From: an uncultured Rhodospirillaceae bacterium
GTDB taxonomy: Bacteria > Pseudomonadota > Alphaproteobacteria > Rhodospirillales > Defluviicoccaceae
Assembly (NCBI GenBank): GCA_964454795.1
Contig: CAYVUM010000002.1
Location: 2,030-66,029 of the forward strand
Length of the DNA stretch: 64,000 nt
Direction: 5' to 3'
Shown here in pieces: positions 8,654 through 15,226 of the stretch. The notes beneath the pieces are model-generated. The model made no database searches and was not told where the DNA came from. It saw only the letters and a list, made by a program, of their open reading frames with translations. How positions within the stretch are numbered: position 1 is the stretch's first letter; the number at the start of each line of letters is the position of its first letter. The position numbers and the translations under genes are program-made.

Positions 8654-9925
8654 GTGGAGATGATGATGAAACGAAAACTGGGTCGGGGTGTCACCGTTAT
8701 CGGCGTTGGAAAGTCCAGGTTCGGCATGTTCAAAGACCGGGACTCAAAGGATCTGTTTTCGGAGGCGCTGACTAAAACACTCGCATCCGTCGACAAAGGC
8801 ATCGATCCGAACGACATCGACGCCCTGTACCTCGGCAATTTCTCGAACGACTACTTCGTCCGGCAGGCCCACTGGGGGCCACTCGTCTCCGATGTGGCCG
8901 GGTTTATACCAAAGGCAGCAACCCGGACCGAAGGCGCCTGCGCGTCCAGTTCCCAGGCGTTCCGCGAAGGCGTCTTCGCGATCGCCTCTGGCTATTACGA
9001 CATTGTGCTGGTTGGCGGCCTTGAAGATATGTCAAAGCGAACCACCGAAGATGTGGCCGAGGGACTGGCACTGGCGGCCTCGCCTTATGAGATCCGGGCG
9101 GGCTTTACCTTCCCAGGCGTTTTCGGGGCGATCGCGACGGCGTATTTCGCAAAATATGGTGCCGCTCGCCAGCACCTGTGGAACGTGACCATCAAGAGTC
9201 ACAACAACGCCAAACTCAACCCCGAAGCACAGTTCAATACCAGCCTTCGCGATATCATGGCGATCAAAACCGAATCGGCGAAGGACAAAGGAAAACCAAT
9301 ACCAGAATGGCGTGATGAGAAGGAATTCCTCGCCGATATTAAGGCAAACCCCCCGGTTGCCTGGCCGATGCACCTGTTCGATTGCTGTCCGATCAGCGAT
9401 GGCGCCGCGTGCGCGATCCTGGTTGCCGAAGACCTCGCCCGTAGTTTTACCGACAGGCCCCTCCACGTCATCGGTCTCGGGCAGGGAAGCGGCCGCGGTC
9501 TGCATGACTGCGAAGACCTCACCTCCTTCGAAGCCAACCGGTATGCCGCACAGGAAGCGTACGCGATGTCCGGACTCGGCCCTGAAGACATCCAGTTCGC
9601 CGAAGTTCACGATTGCTTTTCAATCGCAGAACTCATCCACATGGAAGATCTGGGCTTCTACAAGCCGGGCCAAGCCTACAAAGCTGTGGAGCAGGGTGAA
9701 TCCAGGCTCGACGGGCCGCTGCCGATCAACACCTCAGGGGGACTGAAGTGCAAAGGGCATCCGGTCGGCGCCACGGGCGTCGGGCAGATGGTCGAACTGT
9801 GGGCGCAACTGCGCGGCGAAGCGGGCGACCGGCAAATCCCCAAGGGCGACCTGCGGATCGGTGCCGCACAAAATCTCGGCGGCACCGGCGGCACCTGCAC
9901 GTTTACGATCCTCGAGAGGCGGTAG
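8654..9925 (+). CDS. thiolase-fold protein (archaeal/SCP-x-type acetyl-CoA acetyltransferase-like)
   Basis: TRTEGACASSSQAF carries the active-site Cys, followed by ...AEVHDCFSIAEL...NTSGGLKCKGHPVGATG, the thiolase signature. The start may be GTG 8654 or ATG 8660. Confidence 0.88.
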   Translation: MEMMMKRKLGRGVTVIGVGKSRFGMFKDRDSKDLFSEALTKTLASVDKGIDPNDIDALYLGNFSNDYFVRQAHWGPLVSDVAGFIPKAATRTEGACASSSQAFREGVFAIASGYYDIVLVGGLEDMSKRTTEDVAEGLALAASPYEIRAGFTFPGVFGAIATAYFAKYGAARQHLWNVTIKSHNNAKLNPEAQFNTSLRDIMAIKTESAKDKGKPIPEWRDEKEFLADIKANPPVAWPMHLFDCCPISDGAACAILVAEDLARSFTDRPLHVIGLGQGSGRGLHDCEDLTSFEANRYAAQEAYAMSGLGPEDIQFAEVHDCFSIAELIHMEDLGFYKPGQAYKAVEQGESRLDGPLPINTSGGLKCKGHPVGATGVGQMVELWAQLRGEAGDRQIPKGDLRIGAAQNLGGTGGTCTFTILERR

Positions 9926-9932
9926 GGCCAAG

Positions 9933-10349
9933 ATGAACGACGCGCGCTTCAACGATGTCTCGTACGAACGGTTCCTCAGTGAGGAAAAGCTGATGGGCTG
10001 CCGATGCAGCGGATGCGGGCAGCATTACGTCCCGCCGCGGCCGATCTGCCCGAAATGTTACAGCAGCACCATGGAGTGGGTGCAGATGAGCGGAAAAGGA
10101 CGCCTCGCTGCCTTTACCTGCATTCGCGTCGTTCCGCCGAACATGCAGCAATGGGGATTCAACCGTGATAATCCCTATTGTTCAGGTGTTGTTGAACTTG
10201 AAGACGGCGGCCGGGTCGTGGCGCTGATCGATGATGTCGACCCGAAGCAACCGGAGACCATCCGGATCGGCACGCCCCTTGCCGTGAAATTCCTCCACCG
10301 CGGCGAAGGCGAGGGAAAGCAGACCATCCTGGCCTTCAGCCCGGCGTAA
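9933..10349 (+). CDS. Zn-ribbon/OB-fold protein (DUF35), thiolase partner
   Basis: MGCRCSGCGQHYVPPRPICPKCYS is a 4-Cys ribbon, followed by the OB segment GKGRLAAFTCI...GVVELEDGGRV. The track ORF was trimmed to ATG 9933, 5 nt after the thiolase stop. Confidence 0.85.
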   Translation: MNDARFNDVSYERFLSEEKLMGCRCSGCGQHYVPPRPICPKCYSSTMEWVQMSGKGRLAAFTCIRVVPPNMQQWGFNRDNPYCSGVVELEDGGRVVALIDDVDPKQPETIRIGTPLAVKFLHRGEGEGKQTILAFSPA

Positions 10350-10498
10350 CTTCCGCGGGGATGGGGACGTTGGAGCGCGGGCGTGAGCCGACGTGAAATC
10401 CGGTCCCGGCTTTCCGCCCCCGGGTCGCTCCGGGGCAACGGCTTTGATCCTGTCGTTACCGATCCGGATCCGGGTGGCGGATCGTGATCGCGGGTGCT

Positions 10499-10576
10499 TG
10501 GGGCGAGAGATGGGATTCGAACCCACGACCCCCTGGACCACAACCAGGTGCTCTAACCGACTGAGCTACTCCCGCC
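10499..10576 (-). tRNA. tRNA-His (anticodon GTG) with encoded G-1 and CCA
   Basis: The reverse complement folds by hand: G(-1)-GCGGGAG-TA-GCTC-AGTCGGTTA-GAGC-A-CCTGG-TTGTGGT-CCAGG-GGGTC-GTGGG-TTCGAAT-CCCAT-CTCTCGC-C-CCA. The extra 5' G opposite C73 is the tRNA-His hallmark. Confidence 0.9.
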
Positions 10577-10786
10577 GCCGTAAAGGGTGATGTACGGGAA
10601 CCCCGGGCCGGCCGTCAAGCGGGGCCATGGCGGCCGGCATCGCGGCGCCCGGATCCGGCTGCACCGGTCGTGCGGTCGCGCCTTGTCCTTTTCGTCGAAG
10701 AAAGCGCTGAGGTGGCACCACTGCGCTGGATTGCGTTGGTGCGCTCGCCACCACGCAAGCGTCCGCAGGCAGCGGCCGCGCCGCTC

Positions 10787-10900
10787 GTCGATCGGATCCT
10801 TCGCCCGGTTCCCAGGCGAACGACCGCTCGGTCGGCCAAGCTCTGGATTTTGGAGTTCTAGTCAGCTGACGGATGGGACTTTTCCGTCAGCATCGAACCA
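10787..10900 (-). repeat. copy B of the ~118-bp structured repeat
   Basis: Aligns with copy C in the same orientation. The hairpin gctgacgga-N9-tccgtcagc lies at 10865-10891. It overlaps the last 13 codons and the stop of the FHA-SLT gene. Confidence 0.8.
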
Positions 10901-12589
10901 CGAGGACCAGTCCGGAGCGTAAGTGCGCAGCGGGTTGTCGAAGTCGAAGCCGAACAGGCGGGGGTTCTCGCCAATCACTGCCGCCGAAATGATGTAGAAC
11001 ACATAATGGTAGGTTTCCTCGGGGATCTCGTACTTCTGCAATAATGCCCAGAAGTTCCGCTCCCGCGGGTTTTCCGGCATGGTCCGGATGCGCTGGATGA
11101 TCCGGTGCGGACCCCAGTTATAGGACGCCATGACCAACAGCCCGGAGGCCTGGGCGTCGGTGTTGTAGATATCGCGCAGGAACCGCGCCGCCGCGCGGGT
11201 CGCGGCGAGAAAATCGAAGCGGTCATCGTGGGGATCGAACACCCGCTGGTCTTTCAACGGCCCGATCCTGAGGCCGTATTCCTGGCCCGTCGCCGGAATG
11301 AACTGCCAGGCGCCCTTGGCGATTCCGAAGCGGGTTTCGGGACCAATCGCCCGGATGTTGAAATTGCTTTCCTGCAGGCCGAGGTACAGGAAGTGGGGCG
11401 GCAGGCCCTGGTCGATGAGCGCCCGGGCGACCACGTCCAGGTGCCCCCGTTCCTCGAGCGCCCGCAATGCCCGCTCCAGCCGGTCCGTGGCTTGCCATTT
11501 CCGGATGTAGGTCTTGACCTCGCGAAGGAACGACGGCGGCATCTCCAGCTCACACTCGCCGAAGATCCGGGCGATCCGCAGGATCAGCGCGTCTTCGTCG
11601 TCCAGGTCCGGGTCGATCAGCCCGGCGTCCTGAATGAAGCTGTCGTAGCGGGCGCGCATCTGGCGCATCTGCGCCCGGTTGCGGCGAAGCTGGGCGATCA
11701 GCTGTTCCTCACCGGTGGCACGCACCGCCGCCTCCAGCCGGCCCAGCTCCACCTCCAAAGTCTTGATGTCGTAGAACAGGTCGATGGCGAGCCGGCGGCT
11801 CTGGTCCTCCTGCCGCGCCTGATAGAACAGGCCGCCGACGGCGGCGAGCAGCAGCCCCCCTACCCCGCCGAGGGCCAGCAGCCAGCGCCGGCGCTGGCGC
11901 CTGTGCTGCTCGCGCCAGACGAAGCGGACCGCGCGAGTGTGCTCTCCCACCTCGTCGTCGCCCGTATCCGAAAAGTAGTGGTCGCGGATCTCCTCGCGGC
12001 TCATCGGCTCGGCGTCCGGCTCCCGGGTTCCGGCCGCCTGTTCCTCGCCGGGCCCGGACGGAGCCGCCGGACCCGCTGCCGACCTGCGGTAGTGGGCGGA
12101 ACGCCCGGGCTGTGGCAGGGGCTCGGGCTCCGGTTCCTCCTCGTCGCACCGGCCGCCGCCCCTGCCACCGCTGCCGAACCAGCCGGACCGCCCCTCGCGT
12201 GCATCAGGGAGACGGGTGGCGTCGTCCCCGGCCGTGGCCCGGACCCCGCCCGGTGCCGTCCGACACACCGACAGCACCGGCCCCTGCCCGCCCAGCTGGA
12301 TCCGGGCACGGTCCGGCAGGGCCGCTTCGCCGATTCGCCGGCCGTCGAGGAACGTGCCGTTGCTGGAGCCGAGATCACGGACCGTCCAGCCGCCGCCGGC
12401 CGGCACGACCTCCGCATGTCGCCGGCTTACCCCCGCATGGGGAAGACAAACGTCATTTTCGGGATCGCGGCCGATGCGGACGGTGCGGGCGAACCGCCGG
12501 GTGACCGGCCGGCCGTCGCCGCCCGTCCAGATAATCTCGATTTCGTCCGGGATCCCCGGGCCACCGCCCGACCGTCCGCGCCCGAACAT
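10862..12589 (-). CDS. FHA-domain / transmembrane / SLT-domain lytic transglycosylase fusion protein
   Basis: N-terminal FHA: VRIGRDPENDVCLPHAGVSRRHAEV...VRDLGSSNGTFLDGRRI. TM helix: WLLALGGVGGLLLAAVGGLFY. Then a coiled-coil segment and a C-terminal SLT domain: LGLQESNFN...GIAKGAWQFIPATG...VMASYNWGPHRI. The track ORF (to 13018) was trimmed to ATG 12589 with a GGAGAGG SD, because the discarded N-terminus is a read-through of repeat copy C. Confidence 0.85.
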   Translation of the reverse strand: MFGRGRSGGGPGIPDEIEIIWTGGDGRPVTRRFARTVRIGRDPENDVCLPHAGVSRRHAEVVPAGGGWTVRDLGSSNGTFLDGRRIGEAALPDRARIQLGGQGPVLSVCRTAPGGVRATAGDDATRLPDAREGRSGWFGSGGRGGGRCDEEEPEPEPLPQPGRSAHYRRSAAGPAAPSGPGEEQAAGTREPDAEPMSREEIRDHYFSDTGDDEVGEHTRAVRFVWREQHRRQRRRWLLALGGVGGLLLAAVGGLFYQARQEDQSRRLAIDLFYDIKTLEVELGRLEAAVRATGEEQLIAQLRRNRAQMRQMRARYDSFIQDAGLIDPDLDDEDALILRIARIFGECELEMPPSFLREVKTYIRKWQATDRLERALRALEERGHLDVVARALIDQGLPPHFLYLGLQESNFNIRAIGPETRFGIAKGAWQFIPATGQEYGLRIGPLKDQRVFDPHDDRFDFLAATRAAARFLRDIYNTDAQASGLLVMASYNWGPHRIIQRIRTMPENPRERNFWALLQKYEIPEETYHYVFYIISAAVIGENPRLFGFDFDNPLRTYAPDWSSWFDADGKVPSVS

Positions 12590-12628
12590 CCTCTCCCCGC
12601 CTCGCTGTTGACCGCCCGGTGAGTCCCT

Positions 12629-12745
12629 GCCAGTGGATCGGATCCTTTGCCGGGTGCCCAAGCGAAGGATCGGTCGATCGACGAAGCTCTTGATCCTGTG
12701 GTTCGATTCAGTTGACCGATGGGACTCATCCGTCAGCATCGAACC
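12629..12745 (-). repeat. copy C of the ~118-bp structured repeat
   Basis: Its reverse complement aligns almost base-for-base with copy A (ggttcgatgctgacggat..gtcccatc.gtca.ctgaatcgaac.acaggat.a.gagctt...cgatcgaccgatccttcgcttggg.acc.gg....ggatccgatccactggc). Confidence 0.85.
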
Positions 12746-12761
12746 CCTGGGGCGAAGCAAT

Positions 12762-13850
12762 CTAGGGCGTTTGCCCGCATGCTGTCCACGCCAGCCGACC
12801 GGGCCGGCGGGCCAGCTCAGGCGCCGGGGCGTGCGAAGGCAACGGCGCCGCCGGATTGCCGATCCAGGCGGCGACGTCCGCCCAGACCCGTTCGGCATCC
12901 AGGTCGCGGAGCAGCATGTGGTAGGCATCCGGGTAGAGGGCGGTCCGTCGCACCCCCGTGTTATCGTAGCCCAGCCGGCTGAGAAACCGGCACATCGCCA
13001 CATCGGGCACCAGCTCATCCCGGCCGCCGAGCAGGATCAGCACCGGCCCGCGAAGCTGCGGAGCAGACGCCTGGGCCGCATCCATCAGATTGACCAGGCC
13101 CTGGATCGCGTCGATACGGGTTTCCTTGATCACCAGCGGATCGCGGCCCAGCGCCCGCAGCATCTCGACATTGTCGGAGGGCTTGACCCCGAGGCCGCGC
13201 CCGGAGAGGGTCATGCTCGGAGCGATCCGGCTCGACACCCAGAGGGCGGCGTTCTGGTACCAGGGCATCGTCTCCCGGCCGCGGACCGCCGGCGCCGCCA
13301 GGATCAGGCCATCGGCATCCAGCCCGGCCGGTCCGGTCGCCGCGACGATCGCCACCGCGCCGCCCATGCTTTCACCGAGCACGAACAGCGGCGTGGCGGG
13401 GTGGCGGGCGCGCACAGCAGCGACGGCATCGCGAAGGTCTCCGACCAGAGTGGCGGTGCCAGGCCAGATGCCCGGGTTTGGCGCGCCCCCGAAGCCGCGC
13501 TGGTCGTAGGCATAGGCGGCGATGCCGCGGGTCGCCAGCCAGGTGCCGGGCTTGGCGAAGAACCGGCCGTAATCATTGAATCCGTGAAGCGCCAGGATCA
13601 CCGCCGCGGCCTCACCGTCCCCGGGCAGCCAGCTGTGGAGTGGCAGCGCCGCGCCGTCGCGGACCAACAGACTCTCGCCCGCCAGGGCCGGAGCCATCCG
13701 CTCGGGGCCGGCAGGGATGACCGTCGCCGTACAGGCGCCGATCCCGGCCAGGGCGGCAATCAGCAGGCCGCGGAGAAACCGCCCGACGGCGACGGCGGCT
13801 CCTGCCGGGTCAGGACCGCCCGGCGTCCCTTTCGATGTCGGAGTCATCAT
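12762..13850 (-). CDS. alpha/beta hydrolase (lysophospholipase/monoglyceride-lipase-like), probable lipoprotein
   Basis: LLIAALAGIGAC is a lipobox. HGFNDY...YDQRGFG...VLGESMGG is the nucleophile elbow. It overlaps the upstream ABC ATPase gene by 41 nt, and the exact start is uncertain. Confidence 0.8.
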   Translation of the reverse strand: MMTPTSKGTPGGPDPAGAAVAVGRFLRGLLIAALAGIGACTATVIPAGPERMAPALAGESLLVRDGAALPLHSWLPGDGEAAAVILALHGFNDYGRFFAKPGTWLATRGIAAYAYDQRGFGGAPNPGIWPGTATLVGDLRDAVAAVRARHPATPLFVLGESMGGAVAIVAATGPAGLDADGLILAAPAVRGRETMPWYQNAALWVSSRIAPSMTLSGRGLGVKPSDNVEMLRALGRDPLVIKETRIDAIQGLVNLMDAAQASAPQLRGPVLILLGGRDELVPDVAMCRFLSRLGYDNTGVRRTALYPDAYHMLLRDLDAERVWADVAAWIGNPAAPLPSHAPAPELARRPGRLAWTACGQTP

Positions 13851-14826
13851 CTCTCTGGCTGGTCAGGCGGACGAAGACGTCCTCGAGGTCGGCCTCGCGG
13901 GTCGCCACGTCCAGCACCGTCAGTCCCGCCTCGCGGACGGCGGTCAGCACCTCGCCGCTCTGCACCGTGCTCGGCGGAAACAGGAACTCCAGGCGGCCGG
14001 GTCGCGGCACGCTGACCTTGAACCGTTGCAGCGCCTCCGGTGCGGTGGTGACCGGTTCGGCTACGGTGACCGCCAATTCCCGGGAGTCGAGGCGGCGGAG
14101 CAGCGCCTGGGTGGATTCGCAGGCGACCAGCCGGCCGTTGTTGATGATGGCCACGGTGTCGCACAGTTCCTCGGCCTCGTCGAGGTAGTGGGTGGTGAGC
14201 AGGATCGTCGTGCCCCGTTCCTGCAGCCGGCGCATGGAGGCCCACAGCCCGCGGCGCAGTTCCACGTCGACCCCGGCGGTCGGCTCGTCGAGAACAAGGA
14301 TCGGCGGCGAGTGGACCATCGCCTTGGCAACCAGCAGCCGCCGACGCATGCCGCCTGACAGGGTCCGGGCATAGGCGCGAGCCTGCCGGGTGAGGCCGAC
14401 CAGCTCAAGGATCTCGTCGGTGCGGCGCTCTTCCGGTGCCACGCCGTAAAGCCCGGCCTGAACCTCCAGAAGCTCGCGCGGGGTGAAGAAGGGATCGATG
14501 TTCAGCTCCTGGGGCACGATCCCGATTGAGCGGCGGGCCGCCCGCATGTTCCGGTCAATGTCGTACCCCCAGATCCGCACCTCGCCGCCCGAGCGTACGA
14601 CCAAGCCAGCGAGGATGTTGATGAAGGTGGACTTGCCGGCGCCATTGGGGCCAAGCAGCCCGAAAAACGAGCCCTTTGGGATGGTCAGATCGATGCCCTT
14701 CAGGGCATAGACCACCGGCTCATCCTTGCGCCGGTTGTAGGTCTTCGTCAGATTGACGGCTTCGATCGCGGCGTCCGGATCGGGCGGGTGCGCCGCCGCT
14801 GCCGTTTCGAGGGCCGGGGTGGTCAT
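13810..14826 (-). CDS. ABC transporter ATP-binding protein (ABC-2/DrrA-like)
   Basis: Walker A GLLGPNGAGKST, Q-loop, signature LSGGMRRRL, Walker B ILVLDEPTAGVD and H-loop TTHYL. Confidence 0.9.
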   Translation of the reverse strand: MTTPALETAAAAHPPDPDAAIEAVNLTKTYNRRKDEPVVYALKGIDLTIPKGSFFGLLGPNGAGKSTFINILAGLVVRSGGEVRIWGYDIDRNMRAARRSIGIVPQELNIDPFFTPRELLEVQAGLYGVAPEERRTDEILELVGLTRQARAYARTLSGGMRRRLLVAKAMVHSPPILVLDEPTAGVDVELRRGLWASMRRLQERGTTILLTTHYLDEAEELCDTVAIINNGRLVACESTQALLRRLDSRELAVTVAEPVTTAPEALQRFKVSVPRPGRLEFLFPPSTVQSGEVLTAVREAGLTVLDVATREADLEDVFVRLTSQRDDDSDIERDAGRS

Positions 14827-14987
14827 CGGGTGGCGCGATCACTCCAGACGCCGGCAGTCACGCCGGCTCACCGCGGGCGTTGATCCGCCGCAGGCATTCG
14901 CTATCATCACGGGCCATCCGGGGCAACGCTCCGCGTGTCCCGGAACTCAGCCAACCTTTCACGACGGTCATCCGCGGAACCCAGTCC

Positions 14988-15221
14988 ATGTCCTCAGCCA
15001 ACGGCGCCGGCCCGTCTTCCTCTTCCGCGCCTTCGGGCGAAGCTCACCGCTTTGACGAGACGGTGGTCGTCGACACCCCGACCGTTGCCTGCGATGGCGG
15101 TGGCGGTCCGCTCGGCCATCCTCGGGTGTTCCTCACCCTGGGCGATGACGGGGAGATCGTCTGCCCTTACTGCTCGCGGCGGTTCGTTCTGTCGCCGGAT
15201 GCACCAAGGGGCGCGCACTGA
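14988..15221 (+). CDS. zinc-finger (zf-CHCC / NDUFS6-like) small protein
   Basis: VACDGGGGPLGHPRVFLTLGDDGEIVCPYCSRRF is the C..H...C..C pattern. The track ORF was trimmed to ATG 14988. It lies directly upstream of polA. Confidence 0.72.
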   Translation: MSSANGAGPSSSSAPSGEAHRFDETVVVDTPTVACDGGGGPLGHPRVFLTLGDDGEIVCPYCSRRFVLSPDAPRGAH

Positions 15222-15226
15222 CCGGC

